Shown here piece by piece: positions 27,779 through 38,401 of a DNA stretch of 64,000 nucleotides. The stretch comes from a virus. Lineage: Duplodnaviria; Heunggongvirae; Uroviricota; Caudoviricetes. Position numbers and translations under genes: made by a program. Under the pieces are notes generated by a model. It had not been told where the DNA came from, did no database searches, and saw nothing but the letters and a program-made list of their open reading frames with translations. The DNA lies in IMG/VR virus record IMGVR_UViG_3300038603_000024, positions 1 through 64,000 of that record; one strand, written 5' to 3'. Numbering within the stretch: the first letter of the stretch is position 1; each line of letters opens with the position of its first letter.

Positions 27779-28774
27779 TTACTCCGCCCGAATTGCCATG
27801 TAGATGTAATTATCGTTGACGCTGTTTATAACACCGGAGCTGGAGGTTATTTCAAAGCCAGTAGATGTTAGGTCAGCCCAAGTTCGAGACGCTTCGCTTG
27901 TCACGTCATTAGCCTCTAGCACTGCATCGCTGCCAGAAGTTATGCCCCTAGTGGTATCAAAGATAAACCAGTCGGCGTTAGCCCCCGTAGCTCGTTTAAT
28001 CAACAGAAACTGCGGTTGCCACCCTAGGTTAATTATGGGTCCATTGCTGGACCCGTTGCCTGTATAACTTCCGCACTGAATGTTTCCGGCAGGCTCATGT
28101 GCAAAAACGTATGCTACATAGTTTTGTCCGGATGTATTGACGTCAGCGTCAGTGCCTAGGGTAAAGTTGGTTGATGTAGGGGCAGTGTCGTTAAAAGCCG
28201 TCGCGGTATCAATCCTGGCGTTGGCTTCATTGAGAAGAAGTCTGAAATCCTCTGGGGCGGTGGCGTCGACAGCCCGGTGGTATACGCTCCAGTTCCGGAA
28301 ATCTAGACGCTTAATCCAGATCATGCCCGGAACAGAACCCAAGTTATGTGTAACTGTCCTACCCGCAGTTCCGTTTCCTGTATAAGTTACGACATCAAAG
28401 AACTGAGGAGCCTTGCGAAAGGTCCACGTAACTGCACTCCCTACGTTGTCAACGATATTAGCAATGCCCAAAGAGAACCCATTCGAGTTGAAAGACGTGA
28501 GACTTTGACTATTTGTAGATTCGCCGGATGGGGCGTCTGTAGACAAATACCTAGCAGACCCCCGCTCCGTATCAAACACATGGTGGTTCGAGGAGTTTGA
28601 CCGGCTCTTAAACCACACCATGCCGCCCTCTCCCGCCAAGTCTATGCCGTTGTTTACAGTGCGGGGTTGACTGTTGGTGGTGAAGATATCTGTAGAAAAC
28701 AGGTCTGCGACTGAAGGTCCGGGCGCACCCCCCGCATTAGCCGCCGCCATCATTAGTAATTCCCAAATCTTCAT
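27779..28774 (-). CDS. Tail fiber or structural protein (331 aa).
   Basis: Context. Overlaps the tail-spike gene stop. Confidence 0.4.
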   Translation of the reverse strand: MKIWELLMMAAANAGGAPGPSVADLFSTDIFTTNSQPRTVNNGIDLAGEGGMVWFKSRSNSSNHHVFDTERGSARYLSTDAPSGESTNSQSLTSFNSNGFSLGIANIVDNVGSAVTWTFRKAPQFFDVVTYTGNGTAGRTVTHNLGSVPGMIWIKRLDFRNWSVYHRAVDATAPEDFRLLLNEANARIDTATAFNDTAPTSTNFTLGTDADVNTSGQNYVAYVFAHEPAGNIQCGSYTGNGSSNGPIINLGWQPQFLLIKRATGANADWFIFDTTRGITSGSDAVLEANDVTSEASRTWADLTSTGFEITSSSGVINSVNDNYIYMAIRAE

Positions 28775-31700
28775 GACAAGTCACTTCCCGCTTCAAATCC
28801 ATACCAAGGCGATCCGCCATTTGTGGTAAAGAACACATACGCCGCAGTCTCCCCGCTTGCTGGTGCCGATGGCGCAGTACCTCCAGGCCAGTCAACACTC
28901 GCAGGCCACGTGATAGTGTGAGTGCCACCAGCTTGAATCCTTACAGCGAACCCGTATGCGTGACCTGTTGGCGGGTTCACAAAGGAGATTGTTGTGTTTC
29001 CGGTTGTGTTAAGGCTGAAAACTTCCGCGTCTTTAAAGTCCAGACTAGGCGTAGTCCCAGTCATGACATTAAGTCTTGCCTGCGGCCCCATTACGGCATC
29101 AAAGCCCTGGCCAGAGCCACGACGATAGTAAAGACCCGGACCTGCATTACCAAGTGTTTCGGTTGTAGCTGTCCCATCAGAAACAACTAGCGCAGAACCG
29201 GGACCAGTTGGAACAGTCGCCTGCGGGATAAATCCAGAAAGACGAATGCTGATGATGTTGTTGGTCTGCATATTGAGGGTGCCGCTCATCTGGCCAGCAC
29301 CGTTGATGGTCATGAACCCGTTGGCAGTAAAGCCCCCCGGAAGCGTCAAGAATCCAGAAGACGAAATAGTTGCCTGCGTCCCGCTAGCCCCTACTGTCAG
29401 GCTATTAAAAGTTGGATCTGTCGGGATAGAACCGCCACCAGTAACAGCCCCCGCCAGAGTCCCGGTATAGCTGCTGCTTACAGTCCCGGTAGGCGAGGTG
29501 GTCACAGACGTGCTGCCCAAGACTTCCATCTCGCCAAGAGTATTGCCTGACAGGTTATTTGGACCCAGCCAGACGTTTGACACGGCGGAGTTACCTACAG
29601 ACAGACCATATCGGCTGTGGCCTGTTGATACGTTCCCAGTGACTACAATATCTCTAGTGAAGCCGGTCGCATTGGCCCGGATGTTAATGCCTGCTGTGGC
29701 GGATTGGAGAACATCATTGTCAGCGACTGTATTGTTGCCAATTATAACCCTCTGAACGTATGTGTTTGGCTGGTTAGCGGCAACCCGGATGCCAGACTGC
29801 CTAGAGCTGCGCACAACGTTGCCGGTGATTACAATGTCCTCGATAGCGTTTGCTTCGCCAGTCACATCCTGCTGGTTGACATTAATACCAATGCCAGAGG
29901 AATCCGAAGGTTGCAGACCGGACCAAATGTTTTCGTCACCAGCCCTCAGAGACAAGTTGTCAGAGCAAAGGATTCGTTTCGCAGCTTCTTCGATAAAGAT
30001 GTTGTTGCGTCGGTTCTGATCTGTCGTATTGTCAGACACAGTGATGTCAAACGAGAATGCGTCAACATCAATCCCGTCTGTTGTGTTCTGATTGCAGGTG
30101 TTGTTTGTGATCCTTCCGCGCCGTGCGTTAAATGGTCGAATGCCTGGAGCGCGACGATTGTCAGCATCAACACCGTTTTCATTTACGATGTTATTGTCAA
30201 TGGACCAATCAACACCGCTAGTTCCAGCAGATCCTTGAACCCGAATGCCATCAAATGCGCAATCGTGAACGTAGTTCCCCTCTGCCTCAAAGCCGTTACT
30301 GTTGAGGAAGTAAAGGCCGACTGTGCTTGCATCGGAAGTTGTCTGGTTTGCCTTGTTTCCGTTGAAGTTAATGCCACGGACAAAGAATCGGCCAGATGTT
30401 ACGCCGTTGTAGCGGATGATGTTTGCATTCGACGCATTGCGCAGGAAAAGCTCCGCCCCCGGCCTACCTTGAATGGAGACTGGATTAGTGACAGTAATCC
30501 CCGTTGTCTCATAGGTCTCACTGAGCAGAGTTACTGGCTGGTCAATGGAGTTTGCGTAAGTGAACGCGGCATTAAGGGCGGCTGTCATGTCAGTGCTTCC
30601 ACCAACGACATTAGCGGCAAAGTGGTTAGGGGTTACAATGTCATGCGGAATCCACCCCGGCGCGTCAGAGATAGTTGTCGCGCCAGTTTGATACCGATAC
30701 AGCACCCTCCTATCTGAGGCGAGTTGACCGTCTGTGGGGCTTAGGTTGCTGAGGTCGTTGATGAAAGCAACCCGGCCCGGATAGGTGTAAATGTTGGTAC
30801 TGCCGCTGCCAGCTTGGCCATTAATTGTCACCTCAGTGCCCGACAAGGTGCCAGTGAGCGCTGTGCCAAGGTTCAGAGACGTCACCCCGGACCCAAGAAG
30901 CGTCCCGTTGTTTCTGACAGTAATTCCACCAGACCCGCCAGCTCCAGCAACAGGAGACCAAGTGGAGCCGGTCCCGCGCCAATACAGGCCGCTGCCAGAT
31001 CCACCAAATCCATTTGTAGAGGATGTCCCGTCAGACATAGCAACAAGATAATTGCCAGTGCGGGAAGGCTCTGACGTTTGCGCTTCGAACTGAGCTGCAT
31101 CAGCGTCTAGCTGAACCACATCATTAGGAGCGCCCAAGCGTAGGCGATCACCCGCAACCCCAACATACGGCATGGAGGCTTGGGTTGTCGTCCTATCCAT
31201 CATGCCAAGGCGCGTCAGTGAGCCATTGGATGCAAACCTAAACTCTCTATTATCGTGGGCTTCCAGAGATACAGCCGCTGGCTTGGGGGAAACATCAAGA
31301 GAGAAGTTTTGCCGATTGCCATCAATAAAGGAGTTCAGGTACGCTTCAATTACATCGTAGGTGGGTGCCCATGTGTTTGATCCAGAGTTTGCAAATTCAA
31401 CAAGGCTTGCCCCGGTAGCCCACTGTCGAACCTCAACACCGCGAATGTTTGGCCGTGCCGTTACGCCTACAGCATATGCATTGAACGTCAGCGCGGTTGC
31501 AGGAACCATATCCGCCGCATCTTGAATGAGCGAGATATTGTTGATGTTTACCCGGTCTGTGGCAAATGTCGAAAACCCGTTATCATGATACAAGCCACTG
31601 ATGGTCAGCTCATTCGTCTCACTACCCTGCCAGTCAATGATTTGGTTGTTATTCCTCTGAACAACTCCGACACCGCCGTTATAGAAGTGACAGTCGTAAA

Positions 31701-32892
31701 TATCCTGAATGCCAGCGGTTGCCCTGTAGCAGCAGCGCGTCCAGCGAATAGTTGTTTCACTTACCTTACAGTCTGACCTGCGGATCTCAACGCCCGTGCC
31801 TACGTAGTTGGCATTGTCTGCAAACAGCGTCGGGTTGAAGGATACATCAAGCTCACCGATGATACATTGGTTAATCCAGACTTCAGGACCGGATGTCGTG
31901 TCAACCAGAATCCCGTGGCCAATGTATTCATAGACCTCGGTCTGAAATACTTTGACGCGGCCTGCATCAACCTGAATACCTGAGCAAAGTCGCTCACAGT
32001 GAACCTTTACGTTTTGAATCCGACCATATGCCGACTGCCAGTCGATCACAAAGTCAGAAGCCCCGCTCCAGGATGAGCCAATCGCGATAAATGTGCCATT
32101 CTTCATGACAGCCGAACGGGCCACATCGAAGGTAACAGTGGAGCTAATCCCGTATCTCTTGCCCGCTAGATCCAGTTCCCAGACAGGGCCTGTAAATCCA
32201 GCGTTAGAGCTAACTTGCGAGTTCAGGTAGTTTTTCCACGCGACAATTGCCGCCGTGTCATCTGTTACCCCATCACCAACTGCGCCGAAATGCAAAGGTG
32301 TGCAAGTGTTAATGCAGTCAAGCCCATTTAGCGATGGAAGGTGTGTAGAAACCCCATCATAGACGTACAAACTTTCTCCGGCGATGATAAGATCACCAAC
32401 CGATAGGGTCAGCCCCGGAAGTCCTGTGACAAGCTCTGCGCGCGTGGCGTAGAAGAAGTTCCCCCCGCTACCGCCTGTCTGCCCGTTAATAGTGACTTCG
32501 TTTCCAGACAGAACCCCGGTAAGTGCGGTGCCAAGGTTAAGGGAGCGAACTTCTGTGCTAAGCGTAACGCCGTTGTTTCTAACGGTAATATCGCCACTGC
32601 CACCGCCAGAGAACAGGTCTGTGAAGGTAATAGGATTCCATTGCTGAGTGGAGCCTTCAAAGATGCGCAAGACAGACGGATCATCAGGATGCGGCCTAGT
32701 GTCGAGCCAAAGCCTGCTTGTGTCTGTTGGCGGGGTGTCTTGGATCTCGATATTATCAAAGACACCCACGTCCTTTAGCGCTGACAGGATAAGGTCAGAC
32801 CACTTTTCAGAGAAATTCCGGCCATTAGTTACATCACTACCCTCGAAAAAGAGCGCGTTGTGAATCCTGTTATCAAATGTCTCAGTCGTCAT
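28771..32892 (-). CDS. Tail spike / depolymerase with two right-handed beta-helix (pectate-lyase-like) domains (1373 aa).
   Basis: HFGAVGDGVTDDTAAIVAW is the Pectate_lyase_3 tailspike signature. A second run of PbH1-like repeats spans roughly residues 700-1000. Contains an internal 48-aa duplication. Confidence 0.7.
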   Translation of the reverse strand: MTTETFDNRIHNALFFEGSDVTNGRNFSEKWSDLILSALKDVGVFDNIEIQDTPPTDTSRLWLDTRPHPDDPSVLRIFEGSTQQWNPITFTDLFSGGGSGDITVRNNGVTLSTEVRSLNLGTALTGVLSGNEVTINGQTGGSGGNFFYATRAELVTGLPGLTLSVGDLIIAGESLYVYDGVSTHLPSLNGLDCINTCTPLHFGAVGDGVTDDTAAIVAWKNYLNSQVSSNAGFTGPVWELDLAGKRYGISSTVTFDVARSAVMKNGTFIAIGSSWSGASDFVIDWQSAYGRIQNVKVHCERLCSGIQVDAGRVKVFQTEVYEYIGHGILVDTTSGPEVWINQCIIGELDVSFNPTLFADNANYVGTGVEIRRSDCKVSETTIRWTRCCYRATAGIQDIYDCHFYNGGVGVVQRNNNQIIDWQGSETNELTISGLYHDNGFSTFATDRVNINNISLIQDAADMVPATALTFNAYAVGVTARPNIRGVEVRQWATGASLVEFANSGSNTWAPTYDVIEAYLNSFIDGNRQNFSLDVSPKPAAVSLEAHDNREFRFASNGSLTRLGMMDRTTTQASMPYVGVAGDRLRLGAPNDVVQLDADAAQFEAQTSEPSRTGNYLVAMSDGTSSTNGFGGSGSGLYWRGTGSTWSPVAGAGGSGGITVRNNGTLLGSGVTSLNLGTALTGTLSGTEVTINGQAGSGSTNIYTYPGRVAFINDLSNLSPTDGQLASDRRVLYRYQTGATTISDAPGWIPHDIVTPNHFAANVVGGSTDMTAALNAAFTYANSIDQPVTLLSETYETTGITVTNPVSIQGRPGAELFLRNASNANIIRYNGVTSGRFFVRGINFNGNKANQTTSDASTVGLYFLNSNGFEAEGNYVHDCAFDGIRVQGSAGTSGVDWSIDNNIVNENGVDADNRRAPGIRPFNARRGRITNNTCNQNTTDGIDVDAFSFDITVSDNTTDQNRRNNIFIEEAAKRILCSDNLSLRAGDENIWSGLQPSDSSGIGINVNQQDVTGEANAIEDIVITGNVVRSSRQSGIRVAANQPNTYVQRVIIGNNTVADNDVLQSATAGINIRANATGFTRDIVVTGNVSTGHSRYGLSVGNSAVSNVWLGPNNLSGNTLGEMEVLGSTSVTTSPTGTVSSSYTGTLAGAVTGGGSIPTDPTFNSLTVGASGTQATISSSGFLTLPGGFTANGFMTINGAGQMSGTLNMQTNNIISIRLSGFIPQATVPTGPGSALVVSDGTATTETLGNAGPGLYYRRGSGQGFDAVMGPQARLNVMTGTTPSLDFKDAEVFSLNTTGNTTISFVNPPTGHAYGFAVRIQAGGTHTITWPASVDWPGGTAPSAPASGETAAYVFFTTNGGSPWYGFEAGSDLS
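30802..30945 (-). repeat. Copy 2 of the intragenic repeat (GSGGITVRNNGTLLGSGVTSLNLGTALTGTLSGTEVTINGQAGSGS).
   Basis: About 75% identical to copy 1. It sits at the junction between the two beta-helix domains. Confidence 0.6.
32455..32607 (-). repeat. Copy 1 of an intragenic 48-aa repeat in the tail spike (GSGDITVRNNGVTLSTEVRSLNLGTALTGVLSGNEVTINGQTGGSGG).
   Basis: Near-identical to the peptide at residues 650-697 of the same protein. Confidence 0.6.
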
Positions 32893-32924
32893 CAGCCTGT
32901 ATCCGCATCCTGTTTGCGGAAAAG

Positions 32925-32938
32925 CTTAACATGTTTAG
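32925..32938. promoter_or_regulatory. Palindromic motif copy 2 (CTTAACATGTTTAG), about 35 nt upstream of the tail-spike start.
   Basis: Matches the consensus TTAACATGTTAAG with one substitution. Confidence 0.4.
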
Positions 32939-32951
32939 CAATTGAATGCTA

Positions 32952-35456
32952 TCACCTAAACCCGCCGCCGGTCGCAACAATGCTAGATGGTGGGAGCCAG
33001 TACTCCTGATTATTTTCACGGCGAACCCGTTTTTCTGCGCGGCGCAGGTAGCCTGGATTAATTGTCTCTTGAAGTTGGAACCAGACAAGATAATCCATCG
33101 CTGACTTGGCATAGAACAGGTTGGCAAATGGCGTGTTGCTTTTGACAAGCCGTAGAAGATCACCGCTAATGTCGTCCTCTGCCCCGGTCACAATTCCTCG
33201 CGCGCGCTGCAAAAGGTCAATGGCCTCTGTTGCTGTGCCGATTGTTGGGCCAGCCAGAGTGTCCAGTGTGCCGCCACCGAAACGGTTAGCCTCACCGAAC
33301 AAGAAGTCACCGTAGATCCCAAGTCCGCCACCCTGCAACAGAGCAGCCACGAATGTCTCTGCGCTCATCTCGCGCGTCTCTCGCCCCTTTAGGATCTCTT
33401 TCGTTTGCATGACGAAATAGCCGAGAACGGTTGTGCCTACAATAGCATTGGCTAGGCCAGCATTGGCTCCGATTCCCTTGCCAAGTTGTTCACGAAACGT
33501 CCGCGACCCTGTTCCGTAAACCTGACGTCCGACAACTTTTGTAAGGCCAGTGATGCCAAAGCTTTTGAATTGCGTCGCAAACCTGATTGCTTCTCCAGCC
33601 ACAGTGCCGGGCCTGTAGCCCTGACGCAGGATTGCCCTTTCCCGCGCGCCCGCAGATGGAACCGCAAAGTCTGCCTCAGCCGACATAAGCGTAAAGAAGT
33701 TGTCAGATGCAGCATCTAGAACACGTTGATTTACCCCAGACCCTTCTAGCTGCCGGATATCACCGGGCATAATGTAGGAACGACCGTCCTCAGCCTCTCG
33801 TGTAGATTGGCGAATTACGTTCCACTGCGCCTCATCAATGCCGTAGATTCGCAGGAGGCGCTGCATGTCCTCTGGCAATTCATTAACCGTCCTGCCTGCG
33901 TTCATCGCGAAGTCACGGCTAATCATAAACGTAACGCCGCGTTTGTTTGCGTCGGACCAAGGCCCCAGAAGGTTCATCTTGAAGAAAAACGCCATCGCCT
34001 TCGAGGTGGCTCCTGGAAGATCATCAGACGCATTGGCGCGACTCATAAAATCGCCAAGCTGCCCCTCAAGACCTGCTCCAAGAAGATCTGCAAACTCGCG
34101 CTTTTCTCCCCCTTGAAGGCCCTCAATAGATGCTGTAAACGCATCCTGCCAAGCATCACCGAGACTGCGACCCTGATAAATTCGGTTAGTCGCCGTGAAT
34201 GCAATATCTGATGTGGCGGAGATTACAGCGCCACCAAGTTTTGCCATCGTCTGGATAGCGCGAATTGCAGAAGAAACGCGAGCGACCGTCGTGCCAGCGC
34301 CAAGATTGATATCCCCTGTCACTTCGTCCATTCGGTTTTGAATGTATCGGGGAACGCCCTTGCCAGCCTCAAGCTCGAACTTTTCCAGCTTTGCTTCATT
34401 GCCACGGTATTTCTCACGCGCAATTTTGACAACCCTTTCAAGCATTGCCTGCGGGTTAGTGCCGAAGTTTGAAATAATCGCAGTAGACCTAGCGTTTCGG
34501 TTCAAGTCTTGATGGAACGCCTCACGCAGAGAGCCGGTCCCAAACTGGCGGTCATAGTCAAACCAGTCGTCAACGGTCTTAAACTCCAGAACCCGCGCCG
34601 CTGCATCTTTCTTGGCTAGGTTGCCCGGACCCTTAAACGCGCGCTCAATATCAGACACGTCTTTGTCTAGGCGAATGCCAGTCTTTAGAGAGATGTAAGT
34701 CTCTGACAGGAATTTCTCAATTTGCTCAGGGCGAACACCCATCGCTTCATAATCAAGCTTTTGACGGACTGCATCTTTCCATTCTTTCTCCCCCGCAACA
34801 GCCATTTTTGCAGGATCGTGGCTTTGACGAACAACCCTGCCGGACTTTTCACGAATATGCCCGCCTTCTCGGTTGAGCCGCCGCACAGATGTGACCTGAT
34901 ACTTCTGCATGATCTTGGCAATTTCCATAGCCTCCCGGCTGACGTTAACGCCGCGCGGTTCTCGCCTATTTAGATCACCCAAAGCGTTAGCAACCTCCCG
35001 CTCGAAGTCGCCACTCATTTTGTTGTATTGCGTGTGCAGATTGGCTTTCTTCAGGTCATGAATAAGACCACCAGCATAAGAGTTCATCAAGCCATTGGTG
35101 ATTGCATCAACTGACCTCTGCGCCCCCTCAAACGGAGCATTGACGCCACTGATAGCAGCTTCCAAGCCAAGAGCAGGATTGTCCGTCATCTGGTCTGCGC
35201 GATTCATCAGGTCCAGAAGCTTATTTTCAATGACGATGTTTTTCAGCCGATTGCGGCGTTCAATCAGCGCGGCCTCTTCAGCTTGGCTGGCAATGATCTC
35301 CCCCTCTCGCAACAGGGCGGACTCAACGCTTTCCAGATTATCACTGGATTGGGCACGTTGCTTCCTGTTGTTGAGGTCTGCAAAGATATCCTCAATCTCA
35401 TCATCATCTAGCCGACCATTGTTAACTTGGTCAGCAATATTCAAACAATCAGCCAT
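32952..35456 (-). CDS. Large internal virion / ejection-type protein (834 aa).
   Basis: Gene order between the capsid genes and the tail spike. No enzymatic motif found. Confidence 0.4.
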   Translation of the reverse strand: MADCLNIADQVNNGRLDDDEIEDIFADLNNRKQRAQSSDNLESVESALLREGEIIASQAEEAALIERRNRLKNIVIENKLLDLMNRADQMTDNPALGLEAAISGVNAPFEGAQRSVDAITNGLMNSYAGGLIHDLKKANLHTQYNKMSGDFEREVANALGDLNRREPRGVNVSREAMEIAKIMQKYQVTSVRRLNREGGHIREKSGRVVRQSHDPAKMAVAGEKEWKDAVRQKLDYEAMGVRPEQIEKFLSETYISLKTGIRLDKDVSDIERAFKGPGNLAKKDAAARVLEFKTVDDWFDYDRQFGTGSLREAFHQDLNRNARSTAIISNFGTNPQAMLERVVKIAREKYRGNEAKLEKFELEAGKGVPRYIQNRMDEVTGDINLGAGTTVARVSSAIRAIQTMAKLGGAVISATSDIAFTATNRIYQGRSLGDAWQDAFTASIEGLQGGEKREFADLLGAGLEGQLGDFMSRANASDDLPGATSKAMAFFFKMNLLGPWSDANKRGVTFMISRDFAMNAGRTVNELPEDMQRLLRIYGIDEAQWNVIRQSTREAEDGRSYIMPGDIRQLEGSGVNQRVLDAASDNFFTLMSAEADFAVPSAGARERAILRQGYRPGTVAGEAIRFATQFKSFGITGLTKVVGRQVYGTGSRTFREQLGKGIGANAGLANAIVGTTVLGYFVMQTKEILKGRETREMSAETFVAALLQGGGLGIYGDFLFGEANRFGGGTLDTLAGPTIGTATEAIDLLQRARGIVTGAEDDISGDLLRLVKSNTPFANLFYAKSAMDYLVWFQLQETINPGYLRRAEKRVRRENNQEYWLPPSSIVATGGGFR

Positions 35457-35458
35457 GT

Positions 35459-38398
35459 TTAGCTCCTAGTTAGGCAGACTGCCGCAGCCTCTGCAACTTC
35501 ACGGTAAGCCCGCGCCTTTTCGTCAATCTGGTTCAGCTCGTCCAGTAATACCCTTGACTCTTCAGAAATACCGCTGGAAACATCTTTTGAAAAAGTTATT
35601 TCTGTAATCTTATTTCCAGCGTGCATACCTCTATATCCCTCATATCCTTGCGGAATATCAGTAGCTGGCTTCCAAAGTTCAAGGGGGTACAAGCCTTCTC
35701 TTGGCTCATCGAAAACAGGAACATCTGTTCCGGATGGAGACCTTCCCCATTTACCAGATACGTCATTAAATGTCAGGAGACTAGCTTTCCCATTCTTGAT
35801 AATAACCCTTGCCCCTTTTGCCCCAAGACCCTGTAAGCCTGCGGCGCTCAAGACCGCCGCATTTTCCTCAACATAAACTGTCTTTGAGCTTCTTTTTTTC
35901 TCACCAAAATCACCCTCATGACCGGCATCTTGCCTTGCAGCCTTGTCTCTCTGAGTGGTTCCGTCTCCAAACAATTTATATTTAGACCCTTTTGCTGTAG
36001 TGTATGTTGCTGCAATTTTATTTTTACCAACCGTAATGTCATTCTCAATCTGGTCAACGATCCTTTGAAGATAGTCGATATCCTCGCGCGCGCTAGCCTG
36101 AAGATCCGCATTGCCCCTACTTATTTCAGCCGCCCTTTGTGCCGCGCCAACGTCCGCGTATGGGTCTGAGGCAACGTCAGCAGATCTTGCAGCCAACTCT
36201 GATGCAACTTGCTTTTGCGCCGCAGGACCAGTTAGAGCCTCGCTAATAGGATCACTTGGGCTTGATAGTATCGATTCTTTCCTGGTGTCAATGCCACGTG
36301 GTATTTCAACCAGATCAGGATTCCTCTCAATCGAGCGAATATCAGCATCTGACATGTTGTGCGCGATAAGATATCTATTTTCACCAATCTTAACTACTTT
36401 AGAACCAGTAGGGGCAGATGTTTTTTCTTTAACGAAATCGTCCCTTGCTGGCGCGAAACTATCAACAATTGCCTCGACGTCACCGCCTTTTTCTTGAAGT
36501 TCTTCGAGAGCAATTTTAAAGTCCTCATCAGACAAGAATTCGATTTGATTTCTCTCAATGTATCCCCTTAGATCTTTTTCAATTTCAATATTAGAAAGGT
36601 TTCCGTGAACAAACTCGTATTCATCAGGGTCTATAAACAGCCTATCTTTGCGTTTGAAGTCTGCCAGATAACCACTTTTGGGCTCCAAGTCCACGTTATA
36701 CAAAAGGTTTTCTGCGTCTCTTATGATCGCACTTACTTTTTCTCGACTATTTAACCAATTACTATCGCCCTCAACATCCCTCTTAATCAGGTCGATGAAG
36801 CCATCTGGATCTAAATAGAATTCTGACCTAGACGTACCTGTGGCTTCTATGATTCCCGGAAACTCTTTTTCAAACTCGTTGGCGACAAGGTTGTCAAAGT
36901 CTTTTCTTCCACGCCTAGAAAAGAGGCCCGGCGCTGACCTTGGGGTAATTCCTTTAGATCGCAGCTCATCTGCCGCCCTACCTTCTGGGTGGACCTGCAA
37001 TGTCGCCCCGTCAACTTCAGGGCTCCTCCTAATAAATTCAACAAGCGGCTTCACAAAACGTGAATCGTCTTTTTGAGCCTGCTCTAAGCTATCTAAAATT
37101 GCGGCGCTTAGATCAATTCCTTCACTCTCTACGCCTGTTAGCCTTGAAGAATTTACAAAATCATCCGCCCTGCCAAGCTCCGAGAACTCAACTGGCTTTC
37201 CTGACGGCGTCCTAATGAAGTCGCCATCAGATGTAATCCTTACTGCAAATCCATCACGAATATGAACAACAGTTCCGCCGTTTTTATTCGCAAAATCATT
37301 AGCTTTTTGCTGTGAGTCAAACGCTAGTGGGGTTCCACTATCATCTCCTGCGAGATATGACGGTCTAGAGATGTATCCCACCCTATCTTGAACTGGCTCC
37401 TGGAATTCGACTCCAGAGGACCGGAATATAGGCGCTTGACTGCGCACATCGCGACCATCAAAAAATCTTGTTACATCAACAGACTGATCTGTGGCGAATT
37501 GCCTGAATGAAATTTCAGCGGCGTCTTTTTCTAGCTTTGGGTCAAGTCGCGCTCTTTGCGCCCTGCGACCGAGAACTCCAGCCACCGCGCCAACGCCGCC
37601 ACCGAACAACAGGCCAAATCCAACATTGGTAAGGGCATCGGCCATTGTGTAATCAAGCTGCTGCTGCTTGGATAGCCCGTAGTAGATAGGCTCCACAAGC
37701 GCTTGCCCTACAGCGCCTTCTGTTGCACCGATAGCAACCCTGCCACCTACCTGACCCAATCGGGATACAGCCCGCGCCTTCAATGCTGGACCGGCAACAG
37801 GAATGAATGTGGTTGCGACCTCAAGAGGGTCTGTTGCCATAGCCGCAAGTCCCGCGCCGAACTTCAGAAGACCCGCGCCAAGTCCTTGCGGGCTTTTCTC
37901 AATCAGAGCATTTCTGATAATTTCCGCACGTTTGTTGTCTGCAAGAATGCGAGCCTGTTCATTCGTCATTGGACGATCAAACGTCAGGCCAAGCTCCCCG
38001 TATTCCTCAGTTAGCGCTTCAGGTGGTTGCAGCCTGCCTTGCTCAATCGCATCTTGTGTGAGCGCGTTGATTTGTGTTTGCTTTTCACTTTGCAGCGCTT
38101 GGATCTCAGCCAGTGCGTCATCGCGCTCCTGGCCGTCTTGCAGAAATTCAACATTTGCTTCAAGCGCACGAATGCGACGTTGCCGCTCAAATTCAGCTTC
38201 CCTGACGCGGTTCTTTTCTTCCTCAGTGAATGCGTCAGTAGTATTGCCAAGCTCCCAGCTTTTAGCCGCAAGCTCGCCCATGGTTGGGGTTTCATAGACT
38301 GCCCGCAGACCTGTGCCTAGTGAGACAGTAAGGTCTGGGCCACTGACTTCACGCAAAAGCCGGTGATTTGCAAGTGGCCTGTTTAGTGGTTCTGCCAT
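35459..38398 (-). CDS. Large internal virion protein with coiled coils and a Gly-rich hydrophobic segment (979 aa).
   Basis: Long coiled-coil stretches and a GxxxG-rich membrane-like segment, as seen in ejection proteins and tape-measure-like proteins. Confidence 0.4.
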   Translation of the reverse strand: MAEPLNRPLANHRLLREVSGPDLTVSLGTGLRAVYETPTMGELAAKSWELGNTTDAFTEEEKNRVREAEFERQRRIRALEANVEFLQDGQERDDALAEIQALQSEKQTQINALTQDAIEQGRLQPPEALTEEYGELGLTFDRPMTNEQARILADNKRAEIIRNALIEKSPQGLGAGLLKFGAGLAAMATDPLEVATTFIPVAGPALKARAVSRLGQVGGRVAIGATEGAVGQALVEPIYYGLSKQQQLDYTMADALTNVGFGLLFGGGVGAVAGVLGRRAQRARLDPKLEKDAAEISFRQFATDQSVDVTRFFDGRDVRSQAPIFRSSGVEFQEPVQDRVGYISRPSYLAGDDSGTPLAFDSQQKANDFANKNGGTVVHIRDGFAVRITSDGDFIRTPSGKPVEFSELGRADDFVNSSRLTGVESEGIDLSAAILDSLEQAQKDDSRFVKPLVEFIRRSPEVDGATLQVHPEGRAADELRSKGITPRSAPGLFSRRGRKDFDNLVANEFEKEFPGIIEATGTSRSEFYLDPDGFIDLIKRDVEGDSNWLNSREKVSAIIRDAENLLYNVDLEPKSGYLADFKRKDRLFIDPDEYEFVHGNLSNIEIEKDLRGYIERNQIEFLSDEDFKIALEELQEKGGDVEAIVDSFAPARDDFVKEKTSAPTGSKVVKIGENRYLIAHNMSDADIRSIERNPDLVEIPRGIDTRKESILSSPSDPISEALTGPAAQKQVASELAARSADVASDPYADVGAAQRAAEISRGNADLQASAREDIDYLQRIVDQIENDITVGKNKIAATYTTAKGSKYKLFGDGTTQRDKAARQDAGHEGDFGEKKRSSKTVYVEENAAVLSAAGLQGLGAKGARVIIKNGKASLLTFNDVSGKWGRSPSGTDVPVFDEPREGLYPLELWKPATDIPQGYEGYRGMHAGNKITEITFSKDVSSGISEESRVLLDELNQIDEKARAYREVAEAAAVCLTRS

Positions 38399-38401
38399 GT
38401 A

